43,386 bases of DNA from Candidatus Hydrogenedentales bacterium (GTDB taxonomy: Bacteria; Hydrogenedentota; Hydrogenedentia; Hydrogenedentales; JAEUWI01), in NCBI GenBank assembly GCA_044344195.1, contig JBIJDL010000003.1, forward strand, positions 1 to 43,386, given 5' to 3'. The number at the start of each line of letters is the position of its first letter. Positions within the stretch are counted from its first letter, which is position 1. A program made the translations under genes and the position numbers. Shown here piece after piece: positions 26,166 through 35,360 of this stretch. The notes below the pieces were generated by a model, which was given only the letters and a program-made list of their open reading frames with translations, had not been told where the DNA came from and searched no databases.

Positions 26166-28361
26166 ATGACGGAATCGGACTTGGATGAACATCAGCCCGT
26201 ACAGGTGGTGCCTGCGCGGTGGCTTACGGCGCTCGCCAGTTTATTGGGAATCCTGTTTGCTGCGGCACTTTTCTATCCCCTCCTCCGAGGCAACGTTTAT
26301 CTTGGGAGCGATCTCGGTGCCTACCATCTGCCGGTCCGCACCTTCTACAGTCACTGCCTGAAAGAGGGCTTGCGATTCTGGTGGTGGCCCGATCAGTTCT
26401 GCGGCTACTACATCCATGGCGAAGGCCAGGGCGGTATGCTCCATCCCTTTCATCTGCTGATTTATCGGGCCCTGCCGCTGGACTGGGCATTCAATCTGGA
26501 GTTTGTCAGCGGCTATGCCATCGCCTACGGCGGCATGGTCGAGTTGCTGCGCCGCTGGTCACTCCCGTGGTACGCCGCCCTCTTCGGCGCGAACTGTTTC
26601 GCCTTCTCCGGCTTCACGCTGATCCATTTCATGCACATGCAAGCCATCGCCATCATCGGGCATCTGCCCTGGATGCTGCTGGCGGCGGATGTCCTGTTGA
26701 AATCGGAGCACCGCCGAGCGATCCAACTTGCCTGGGTGGCTCTCGCGTTGCTGGCAGCGTCTCAACTACTGTTGGGCTATCCCCAGTACGTCCTCTTCAC
26801 GCTCCTGGCACTGGGCCTGTATTCCATTGGGGCGTTGCGGTTGCGCGGCACCCGGGGTCGGATTCTCATGCTCGCTTTCGCGCTGCTGACCGGCCTTCTG
26901 CTCGCGGGCGTGCAGGTCGTTCCCACCTTTGATGTGCTGCAGACGGCGTTGCGCCACGATAACGCCGAAAGCTGGCGCAGCGCTTCGCTTCATCCGCTGA
27001 ACCTGCTGCAATGGTCTGGCCCCTACTGGTTCAAGAATAATCTCGCATTCGGCGAGCCCGCTCATGAGTTTGGCCTCTATGCCGGTGTGGTGCCCATGCT
27101 GCTTAGTTTCTGGCTGCTGGCCCAGTGGTCGGCGCTGGGGGCGCGTCGGGCACCGGCCTTGTTTTGCGGCGCACTCGCGGCACTTTCGCTGGTGTTGTCC
27201 CTCGGGGAATACGGCGGGCTCTACGGGTTACTGGCGAAGCTTCCCGTCGTCGGCTCCTTTCGCTGCGCAGCGCGCCATATCGTGCTCATTCACTTTGCAC
27301 TCGCGATGCTGGCGGCCCTGGGCGCTCAGCGGCTTCAGTGCGGCCCGTCCCTGGGATCGCGACGTCCATTGTACCTGGTGGTGGCCTTGGCCTGGGGCAT
27401 GGCGGTGTTCGTCCCGGCCTTGTGCAGTCTGGCTCCCGTATCGATTCGAGATGCCTTTACGGATAGCCCCCTGCTGCTTGTGGCGGGGCCGATGCTGGTG
27501 ACGCTGGCCGCAACCGGGATACTGCTTGCAAGGCGATCTCCGAGGGTGGGCCTTGCGGCCCTCATGATCCTGGCCGCCGTGGATATGGGCGTCTATGCCC
27601 TGCCCCATGTGTGGAATCACGCGCCTCAATCTTCGCCGTTGATTGCGCTCGAGAACGCATTGCGCGATGAACTACCCGCAGACATGGCCGCCACCGGAAG
27701 CCGGGAATATAGGGCCCACGGCAATTGGCGCGTTGCGCGACTTACCCAGGTGCGTCTTCCGAATTACATGGGCTATGTGGGCCTGCCGCCCGCGTGGACG
27801 TTGGACCCGAATGCCGATGTCATCAAGCGACTGGCGGGGGTGCGCTGGGAGAAGCGCCCGCTTCATGCATCCCATTGGACCGAGCACGAAGGCGCCCTGT
27901 CCCGCGCGCGCTTCGTGAGTGAGTCCATAGTCGGCGAACCTGCGGCGGTGTTGGGCGGGCAGTTCGATATCGCGAGGGTCGCCATCACAGATCGGCCGCT
28001 CGCGCTGGAGGCCGGGGAGCCCGGCACCGTGACCTGGACGCGGGATGAACCCGGCGATGTAGCCTTCGCAACGCACACCGCGACCAGCCAGCTTCTGGTC
28101 TTCGCGGAACGACATCACCCCGGCTGGCGCGTCGCCGTCGATGGCGCGGACGTACCACTGGAGCGTGTCTATGGCGATTTCATGGGCTGTGTTGTGCCTG
28201 CGGGTGAGCACGACGTGACGTTTTACTTTTCGCCAAGCAGCCTGCAGGTTGGGGGCGCGTTGAGCGCGGCGGGGCTGCTTGCCCTGGCTGTGGGCTGGCT
28301 CGCCATAGGACGAACACGACGGTTTGGACTGGCAAGACAAAATCACTCCTCTCGCTCGTAG
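26166..28361 (+). CDS. YfhO-like polytopic membrane protein (GT-C-type glycosyltransferase candidate)
   Basis: DLGAYHLP, WWWPDQFCGY, HPF, FAFSGF; many TMs; C-terminal LVFAERHHPGWRVAVDG...FMGCVVPAGEHDVTFYFSP. Confidence 0.8.
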   Translation: MTESDLDEHQPVQVVPARWLTALASLLGILFAAALFYPLLRGNVYLGSDLGAYHLPVRTFYSHCLKEGLRFWWWPDQFCGYYIHGEGQGGMLHPFHLLIYRALPLDWAFNLEFVSGYAIAYGGMVELLRRWSLPWYAALFGANCFAFSGFTLIHFMHMQAIAIIGHLPWMLLAADVLLKSEHRRAIQLAWVALALLAASQLLLGYPQYVLFTLLALGLYSIGALRLRGTRGRILMLAFALLTGLLLAGVQVVPTFDVLQTALRHDNAESWRSASLHPLNLLQWSGPYWFKNNLAFGEPAHEFGLYAGVVPMLLSFWLLAQWSALGARRAPALFCGALAALSLVLSLGEYGGLYGLLAKLPVVGSFRCAARHIVLIHFALAMLAALGAQRLQCGPSLGSRRPLYLVVALAWGMAVFVPALCSLAPVSIRDAFTDSPLLLVAGPMLVTLAATGILLARRSPRVGLAALMILAAVDMGVYALPHVWNHAPQSSPLIALENALRDELPADMAATGSREYRAHGNWRVARLTQVRLPNYMGYVGLPPAWTLDPNADVIKRLAGVRWEKRPLHASHWTEHEGALSRARFVSESIVGEPAAVLGGQFDIARVAITDRPLALEAGEPGTVTWTRDEPGDVAFATHTATSQLLVFAERHHPGWRVAVDGADVPLERVYGDFMGCVVPAGEHDVTFYFSPSSLQVGGALSAAGLLALAVGWLAIGRTRRFGLARQNHSSRS

Positions 28362-28406
28362 CTCCAGACTCCAGACTCCAGACTCCAGACTCCAGACTCC
28401 AGACTC
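28362..28406 (+). repeat. Perfect heptamer tandem repeat (CTCCAGA)x6 plus CTC
   Basis: Begins immediately after the TAG at 28359-28361. Confidence 0.95.
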
Positions 28407-28500
28407 GCTCCCCCCTTCACAAAGGTGCATCGGCCCTGCGGGCTGCTTTACAATGCTCCTTTCCTCGAATCCTCCAGTTATCTCCCCATAAAGGCACATC

Positions 28501-31218
28501 ATGCGCGTTTTTCTCTGCTTTTTGCTCCTGATCGCTCCCCTGGCCGTTCCGGCGGAAGTCATAGACGATGAAATCGAGATAAAAGGCCATCTCGTCGAGC
28601 TGGGAATGAGCCCGGATGGGGGCGGCGCGCTGCACACCTTTGGCCTGGTGGCGACGCCCTCCAATCTGGCCGGGGGGGATGGTCTGCTGCAGGAGGGCTT
28701 CGGCGTTGGCAGCTTCTATGTGCCCAACCGCCGACTGAACGAGCGCATGGAGGCCCTGGACTCTGTATCCGACCGTCCCGTCTTGCAATATACCTATGAT
28801 TGCGACGGCCCGAACATTCAGGGGCTTCAGTCGATCCGCAAGATGGAGCTGATCCCGGACGAGGCTTCGGTGCGCGTCACGTGGACCGTGAAGAACAACG
28901 GCAAGGAACGGCAGTGGGTGGCGCCCTGGGTGCGCAATGATGTCACGCCGGGCGGCACGGTGAGCGAACTCGATCGATTTGACGTTCCCTCGCGCGGCGG
29001 GATCGTGCAACCGGCCCACACGGCCTATCTCCCGGCCTCGCGCAACTGGTTCGCTATGACCGATCCGGTGGAGGACGAGACTCTTTATGTGGTCTTCAAT
29101 GCGAACCACACCCATTCATTTCTCGTCCAGCCCTATGTGAAAGACGAGGCTGGCGAATTCCCGAAAGCCATGAGCGTTCAGACCGCCTTCGTGCCCTTCC
29201 TGCTCGGGCCTGGAGAGTCGTGGAGCACCCAATACCGGTTGAACATGGTGCGCGGCTTAAAGCATGTGGACTTCGCCACGGAAGAGTTCGCCATGCAGAT
29301 CGACTATGTCAACGGGAAGCTGACCATGCTCGTGTCGGCCATTAAGCCCATGCCGGGACTTCAGGTCGATACGCGTATCAAGGCCACGGACGGCGAAGTG
29401 TGGACCTTGCCGCGCAAGCAGTTTGATTTGGCGCCCAGCCAGCTCGCGCGCTGCAGCTACGAGTGGAAAGCGCCCGCCAACGGCGCCTACGAAGTGCTCG
29501 CCCAGATCTTCCAGAAGGGCAAGGCGCTCAAGCTCGGGCAGGAAACGGGTTCGCCCCACGGCGGGATCGACACGCGCTTTGATGTAGGCAACGCTTCCGC
29601 CACCCCTTTCCGCGCCTGGACCGATGCGCCCCATGCCCTGGACCAGCAGCCGCGCAGCATGGCCCGCACACTCGCGGTGAAAGGCCCGGTGACCATCTGG
29701 GCGGAGCCTTCTCTGCGCAAGATTCTGCCGCAGGACGTTGCGAAGCCCGATGGTCCTGTGGACCCCGTGGTCCGCGTGGCCCTGGCACAGGGCGAGTCCG
29801 AAAGTTTCCAGATCGCAATCCGCCCGAAAGAGAAGACGAACGTGAAGGGCGTGAATGTTACCCTTCAGGATCTGGTCGCCAGTGACTCGGACGCCCGGAT
29901 AGAAGCGAGCACCGTCAAGATTTTTACCCAGCAGTATCAGCACATCGCTGTGCCCAGCCACTTCGAAGGGCCCACGGGCTACTGGCCGGATGCCCTGGTG
30001 CCGTACAAGCCCTTCGATGCGCGCGGCGGCATCACGACGCCCCTGTGGTTCACCCTGAGCGTGGACGAGAATACCGTGCCCGGGACCTATACGGGTTTGA
30101 TGGAGATCGAGGGAGACGGGCTCTCGCCTGTGGAGCTGTTCGTTGAAGTGGAGGTCTTCGGCTTCAAGCTTCCGTCGCGCCCGATGCTGAAGACCGACTT
30201 CGCCTTCGACTCCGATCAGGCCTATGGCGACCACAAGAACTATGGAGGCAAGCTGTCCCAGGTGCAACTGGAAGCGCTCTTCTTCGAGAACGCCGCAAAG
30301 CACCGCGTCACGCTCCGTTCGGCCATTCCCTTTCCGTCGGAACAGCCCGACTACAGCAAGGCACTGGCGGCCTACAAGGCGCGACTGGCCAAGGCGAATC
30401 CGGCGGGCGTTTCAACGATCAGCGTTCCCCAGACCCTCCTGAATCACGTCGATCAGCTCGCCATGGCCAATGCGTTCGTGGTGGAGAATGGTCTTCAGGA
30501 TCGGGCCTTTGTCCATCTGGCCAACGAGCCGCCCCGGCCCGCCTGGCCTCGGGTGATGGAAGGTATCCAGGCTTGGAAAGAGGCCGCGCCGGATATTCCC
30601 GTCATGATTACGACCTACGGCCTCGAGCCCTTCCTCCCGGATGGACTGGAGCGGTGGGCGGTGCATGCGCCCGTCTTCGATACCGTGAACAACGCCCGCG
30701 TGCTCGAGCGCATCGGCGCGGGCGAAGAAGTGTGGTGGTACGTAGACCAGACCCCGCCCCGGCCCTATGGCAATTTCTTCGTCGACTTCGATTCCATCGA
30801 TCACCGGATTCTTTTCTGGCAGGCCTGGGCCCTTGGTGTCCGGGGTATGCACTATCGCAGCATCAACGATCACCGCGGCGGGGGCGACCCGTGGAAGGAG
30901 CTGGTGGATGTGACGCCCGTGAACGGAGATGGATTCCTGGTTTACACCGACAAGAACGGCCCGATTAATTCTATTCGCTGGGAGAATATTCGCGACGGGA
31001 TCGATGACTATGATTATCTCGCCGTGTTCAACGACCGCCGGCGCAAACTGCTCGCCCAGCCGGGCCACGAGGCGCTACTCCAGCGCGCTGCTGAGGTATA
31101 CAACCTGAAGGATGTTATACCCAGCCTCGTCAGTTTTACCCGCGACCCCGAGGTGCTCGAAAAAAAGCGTCGCGCCATCGCGGAGATGATCGTAGAGATG
31201 AACGCGGCGTTGCGCTAG
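28501..31218 (+). CDS. Secreted DUF4091 / GH123-like glycoside hydrolase domain protein
   Basis: Signal peptide; AQGESESFQIAI, WPDALVP, PLWFTL...PGTYTG, VWWY, GDGFLVY, SIRWENIRDGIDDYDYL. Confidence 0.75.
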   Translation: MRVFLCFLLLIAPLAVPAEVIDDEIEIKGHLVELGMSPDGGGALHTFGLVATPSNLAGGDGLLQEGFGVGSFYVPNRRLNERMEALDSVSDRPVLQYTYDCDGPNIQGLQSIRKMELIPDEASVRVTWTVKNNGKERQWVAPWVRNDVTPGGTVSELDRFDVPSRGGIVQPAHTAYLPASRNWFAMTDPVEDETLYVVFNANHTHSFLVQPYVKDEAGEFPKAMSVQTAFVPFLLGPGESWSTQYRLNMVRGLKHVDFATEEFAMQIDYVNGKLTMLVSAIKPMPGLQVDTRIKATDGEVWTLPRKQFDLAPSQLARCSYEWKAPANGAYEVLAQIFQKGKALKLGQETGSPHGGIDTRFDVGNASATPFRAWTDAPHALDQQPRSMARTLAVKGPVTIWAEPSLRKILPQDVAKPDGPVDPVVRVALAQGESESFQIAIRPKEKTNVKGVNVTLQDLVASDSDARIEASTVKIFTQQYQHIAVPSHFEGPTGYWPDALVPYKPFDARGGITTPLWFTLSVDENTVPGTYTGLMEIEGDGLSPVELFVEVEVFGFKLPSRPMLKTDFAFDSDQAYGDHKNYGGKLSQVQLEALFFENAAKHRVTLRSAIPFPSEQPDYSKALAAYKARLAKANPAGVSTISVPQTLLNHVDQLAMANAFVVENGLQDRAFVHLANEPPRPAWPRVMEGIQAWKEAAPDIPVMITTYGLEPFLPDGLERWAVHAPVFDTVNNARVLERIGAGEEVWWYVDQTPPRPYGNFFVDFDSIDHRILFWQAWALGVRGMHYRSINDHRGGGDPWKELVDVTPVNGDGFLVYTDKNGPINSIRWENIRDGIDDYDYLAVFNDRRRKLLAQPGHEALLQRAAEVYNLKDVIPSLVSFTRDPEVLEKKRRAIAEMIVEMNAALR

Positions 31219-31238
31219 GTTGTCTTCCAATATACATG

Positions 31239-31267
31239 TTGCATTTGCTCTCCGGTTTTCTTAGTCT
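31239..31267 (+). promoter_or_regulatory. Candidate sigma70 promoter for the Clp ATPase
   Basis: TTGCAT (31239-31244), 17 nt, TAGTCT (31262-31267). Confidence 0.45.
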
Positions 31268-31356
31268 ATGGACTCGTGCTGCGAAAACTGAGGAAGTTGG
31301 TCGCTTGCCGAAGGGTTGGGAACCGTACTACGTAACCGCACAGGGAGTTCTAATTC

Positions 31357-33939
31357 ATGCCCACATTGGACGAAGATCGTTTTGACAGGTTTACCCGCGA
31401 GCAGCGTTTCGACAAGGCCCGGGCGCTGGGGCTGGGCCCCATCGATTTTCAACACCTGCTCTGGGTCGACGCCATGGATCGGGAGAAAAGCTCTCTACGG
31501 AAGTTATTCGATGGCGATGACGGCAAGGAACGGCGCACCTTTGGCGAGTTTCGCGTCGCGCTGAACCACCAGTTCATCAGCAACCTTCCCAAGCAGAAGG
31601 TGGCCAAGGGCCAGTACTCCGAAGAGTTGAACCAGCTTTGCACGCTGCTCGTGAACCGTCCCGCCAAGGCGGGCCACGGCTTGGAGCGTGTCATTGAAGG
31701 CTTGAACGCCAAGATGAAGACGCGGGACCAGATCGAGTGGGAAGATCTGCTTGCGGGTATCATCGATTACCGCACCCACGCTATTGACTCCTTCATCGCC
31801 ACCGATTTCGGCTTGACCAGTTCTATTCTCGATGGCGAGCGCCAGGTGCCCGCAGGGGCCGTGAGCCGCGAGACGGCCGCCGCCGCCTCCATCGAAGCCC
31901 TGAAGACTTATGGCTACGACCTGACGGCGAAAGCAGCTGCGGGCGGGCTGGAAGAGGTCATCGGCCGCGCGGATGAAGTGCGTCGCCTCTCCAGCATCCT
32001 TCTGAAGAAGGAGGCGAACAACCCCATCCTCCTCGGCGAACCCGGCGTAGGCAAGACCAAGATCGTCGAAGGTCTGGCCCTCGACATCGTGAAGGATCGC
32101 GTTCCCGAGCGCCTGAAGGGCAAGAAAATCATCAGCCTTGATCTGGGCCTCATCATGGCCGGCTCCAAGTATCGCGGCGAATTCGAACAGCGCCTCACGG
32201 CGGTCCTGCGCGAACTTCAGAATGCGAAGGGCTCCGTCATTCTGTTTATCGACGAGATCCATCAATTAGTGGGCCTCGGCGAGACAGGGGAGAGTGGCGG
32301 TATGGACGCGGCCAACCTCATGAAGCCGGCACTCGCAAGGGGTGAACTCTGGTGCATCGGCGCGACGACCTTCTCCGAGTTCCGCGCGATCGAAAAAGAT
32401 GGCGCGCTGCGGCGCCGTTTCAGCCCGGTTATCGTGCCCGAGCAGAGCCCGGCGGATGTGGCGGAGATCCTGCGGCGGGTGAAACCAGTTTATGGCAAAC
32501 ACCACACCGTGGACTACACAGAGGAAGCCCTGAACCGGGTGAATACCCTCGCGCGGCGTTACATCGGTGAAGTGCGCTCACCCGCCCGCGAACTGGGCAT
32601 CCTCGACGAAGCGGGCGCCATGGTGATTCTCAATCACGTTACGGCGGACCACGAGCCCGGCTATCAGCCCCCGGTTACCGGGGCGCACGTGGCCCAGGCC
32701 GTTTCTGAGCGCACGAATATTCCTGTGGAAAACATGTCGGAAGATCAGCGACAGAAGCTGCTGAAGCTCAATGAAAATCTTTCTCGGCGCGTCTTCGGCC
32801 AGCCCGAGCCCATTAAGGCTGTGGTAAAGACCATGAAGCGCGCCTTCGTTGGCCTGACGCCTCCCAAGCAGCCCCAGGCTGTCTTTCTGTTTGCCGGGCC
32901 CTCCGGCGTGGGCAAGACCGAGCTGGCCAAAGCCATCGCTGCCGAGTGGTACGGCAGCGAAGACGCGCTGATTCGAATCGACCTGTCCGAGTATGGCACC
33001 GAGACGGCCCGCAACCGCCTCATTGGTTCCGACCGTGGTTACCAGGGCGCGGAAGAGGGCGGCATGCTTACGGAGGCCGTGCGGCGCAAGCCCTATTCAC
33101 TGGTGCTCCTTGACGAGTTTGAGAAGGCGCACCCGAATATCTGGCGCATATTCCTCCAGCTCTTTGACGAAGCGCGACTCACCGATTCCATGGGCCGCAA
33201 TATCGATTTCCAGAACACGGTGATCATCATCACGACGAATGTGGGTGCCGCGATCCTGGCGCAGCTCGGCGAACTACGCCACCGCATCAAGGGCTGGCTT
33301 GCGGCCAATCCGGAGGCCACGGCGGAAGTCCAGAATCAGGTGGTGAAAATAATTCTGCAGGAAATCGCCTCCACCACGCCGAACCTGACGCCCCAGACTC
33401 TGGCCATTCTCCAGAGTGAGGCCAATCGCCTCCTCGACGAGGCGGAAGGAGATGCGGACGAGGCACCTTCGGCGGAAGAGATCGTGAAGCAGGCCATGCT
33501 GGCCGTTCCCGGACTCCCGCCGGAACTTTTCGGCCGCATGGGACGCCCGCTCGTCTTCGGCGCGCTAGGCATGGCGGAACAGTCGAACATCCTGAACAAG
33601 CTGATGCGCGATTTATGCGAGCGCGTGGCCCTGGCGCGGAAGCTCATCCTGCCGCCGGAGCGGAGCGAGTGCAACAAGTGGTTTGAAGTGAAGATGAACG
33701 ACGACGGCGTCCGCACGGTGACCTGCAAAGATCCCGAGGGCTCGACCGTGGAAGTCTCCATCACCCTGGCGAAGGACGTTTGCGATTACCTCGTGGAGAA
33801 CGGCTTCGACACCCTCCTTGGCGCGCGCCCCCTGCGCACCCTGTTTGTGGAAAACATCGAAGACGCGGTATCAGAGCAATTGCTCAATACGGACAAGGAC
33901 GGCCCGGCGATTATCAAGGTAGATTCCATCGAGGAATAG
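31357..33939 (+). CDS. Divergent ClpA/B/C-family (Hsp100) AAA+ ATPase with two NBDs
   Basis: NPILLGEPGVGKT, GSKYRGEFEQRL, LFIDEIH, DAANLMKPALARG, FAGPSGVGKTELAK, LLDEFEKAHP, GARPLR; GGGAG SD. Confidence 0.9.
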   Translation: MPTLDEDRFDRFTREQRFDKARALGLGPIDFQHLLWVDAMDREKSSLRKLFDGDDGKERRTFGEFRVALNHQFISNLPKQKVAKGQYSEELNQLCTLLVNRPAKAGHGLERVIEGLNAKMKTRDQIEWEDLLAGIIDYRTHAIDSFIATDFGLTSSILDGERQVPAGAVSRETAAAASIEALKTYGYDLTAKAAAGGLEEVIGRADEVRRLSSILLKKEANNPILLGEPGVGKTKIVEGLALDIVKDRVPERLKGKKIISLDLGLIMAGSKYRGEFEQRLTAVLRELQNAKGSVILFIDEIHQLVGLGETGESGGMDAANLMKPALARGELWCIGATTFSEFRAIEKDGALRRRFSPVIVPEQSPADVAEILRRVKPVYGKHHTVDYTEEALNRVNTLARRYIGEVRSPARELGILDEAGAMVILNHVTADHEPGYQPPVTGAHVAQAVSERTNIPVENMSEDQRQKLLKLNENLSRRVFGQPEPIKAVVKTMKRAFVGLTPPKQPQAVFLFAGPSGVGKTELAKAIAAEWYGSEDALIRIDLSEYGTETARNRLIGSDRGYQGAEEGGMLTEAVRRKPYSLVLLDEFEKAHPNIWRIFLQLFDEARLTDSMGRNIDFQNTVIIITTNVGAAILAQLGELRHRIKGWLAANPEATAEVQNQVVKIILQEIASTTPNLTPQTLAILQSEANRLLDEAEGDADEAPSAEEIVKQAMLAVPGLPPELFGRMGRPLVFGALGMAEQSNILNKLMRDLCERVALARKLILPPERSECNKWFEVKMNDDGVRTVTCKDPEGSTVEVSITLAKDVCDYLVENGFDTLLGARPLRTLFVENIEDAVSEQLLNTDKDGPAIIKVDSIEE

Positions 33940-33960
33940 GGCCGGAACAGACAGAAAAGT

Positions 33961-33999
33961 CGCGGGAGTTCAGCGTACCTGATGGGCTGAACTCCCGCG
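33961..33999. terminator. Perfect 14-bp stem hairpin between convergent genes
   Basis: cgcgggagttcagc, 11-nt loop, gctgaactcccgcg. Confidence 0.75.
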
Positions 34000-34024
34000 T
34001 TGTTCATAATGGTGCGGACTCACC

Positions 34025-35155
34025 TTAAACGCGCAGGAAAATCTTTCGCACGTAGAGGAATCGGGCGAAGGCGAAGACGAGGACGATGGCGACCGCATTG
34101 ACGAAGAGCGGGCCGTAGTCCCCGAACAGAGCGGCGACCGGGCCACCGGCGATACGGGGGGCGATCTTCTCAAACTCAATGAACTCAGAGCACATGTAGA
34201 TCATCAGGGGGTTGGCGCCGATCCAGATCAGGGGTACACACCAGCGCTGCGCTTTCCAGACGTCGACGATGGCGTAGAAAATGCCCAGCAGGATGCAACT
34301 GTAGCCGCCCGCAACCAGCACGAAGCTTGATGTCCACATCTTCTTGATTACCGGGAACTGTAGGCCCCACAGGTATCCCAGCGCCACCATCAACACGCCC
34401 GACCCGATGTAGACGCCAACGCGCTGCCAGTCGGTCAGGCGTTTTTCGCGGAGCAGGAGCGCGGCGAAAATACCCAGCAGGGCGGTGGCGATCGCCGGGA
34501 AAGTGCTTAGCAATCCCTCGGATTCGGCGTATTGCCCTTCTTCCTTCATGGGCAGGAACTTGTAGTCCACCCAGTCCACGATATTTTCTTTCCGGTTGAA
34601 GGTGGTGCCCTCGGCGCCAAGATCAGGATGGGGCACGAAGGTGAGCAAGGCCCAGTACGCAATCAGGATGAACACGAAAATGGCCGCGATGCCCTTGGTG
34701 CGAACATTGAGGAAGATGAGCGAAGCGCCCAGATAACACCAGGCCATGCGCTGGAGCACGCCGCTGAAGGGGCTCTCACCCGCGAGGTCCGCGATACCCC
34801 CGTCTCGAAAGGCGCCGAGGAGAAAGAGCAGGACGAAGCGGCGCAGGATGTGGAAGTAAGCGGCGCGTTTACCGTTCTGCTCGACATATTTGGGCAGGGA
34901 AAAGACGGTGGACATTCCCAGGAGAAAAACGAAGAGAGGGAAAATGAGATCGTAGAAGACGAAACCATCCCAGCCGACGTGTTTGAGCTGATTCGCGAAG
35001 CCCTGGGCGAGGGGGTGTTCGCTCGTTTTTCCAATGGAGCGGGCGAGGTGATCCGCGCCGATAATCCAGAACATGTCGAAGCCGCGCAGGGCATCGACCG
35101 AAAGGACGCGGGCGGTGGCGGGGGCTTGCGGGGTGGGGTACTTTTTCTTTCCCAT
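34025..35155 (-). CDS. HGSNAT/NagX-like (DUF5009/DUF1624) membrane acyltransferase
   Basis: RVLSVDALRGFDMFWI, HVGWDG..FYDLIFPLFVF, GVLQR, EGLLSTFPAI, PVIKKMWTSSFVL. Confidence 0.88.
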   Translation of the reverse strand: MGKKKYPTPQAPATARVLSVDALRGFDMFWIIGADHLARSIGKTSEHPLAQGFANQLKHVGWDGFVFYDLIFPLFVFLLGMSTVFSLPKYVEQNGKRAAYFHILRRFVLLFLLGAFRDGGIADLAGESPFSGVLQRMAWCYLGASLIFLNVRTKGIAAIFVFILIAYWALLTFVPHPDLGAEGTTFNRKENIVDWVDYKFLPMKEEGQYAESEGLLSTFPAIATALLGIFAALLLREKRLTDWQRVGVYIGSGVLMVALGYLWGLQFPVIKKMWTSSFVLVAGGYSCILLGIFYAIVDVWKAQRWCVPLIWIGANPLMIYMCSEFIEFEKIAPRIAGGPVAALFGDYGPLFVNAVAIVLVFAFARFLYVRKIFLRV

Positions 35156-35228
35156 GGCGAGGGTCTCCTGAGTGGGGCCGCCAAATGATACGCCGCGGGA
35201 TTGGGGAACTCAAGCTGCGGGAGGGGGA

Positions 35229-35253
35229 GATCGGACGGATCGGTCGGATCGGA
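35229..35253. repeat. GATCGG(A/T)CG 9-mer tandem repeat (about 3 copies)
   Basis: gatcggacggatcggtcggatcgga in the intergenic region. Confidence 0.65.
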
Positions 35254-35360
35254 GTTGGGGGGATGGGGCGGGCGGCTCTCGGGGGTGCAGCCACCCTCGC
35301 CAAACGACTCGATTTCACGCTTGCGCGGCGGAGCAATCCGGGCTCGGGAGGCAGTCCCCC

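Noticed and set aside
25773-26192. N-terminal 140 aa of the 746-aa symporter ORF call
   Set aside because: Arg/Pro-rich non-protein-like sequence overlapping a better small gene and the divergent promoter; the true start is 25772.
31357-33939. ClpV/TssH of a type VI secretion system, or canonical ClpB
   Set aside because: No T6SS genes in the window, no Clp_N repeats and no middle domain.
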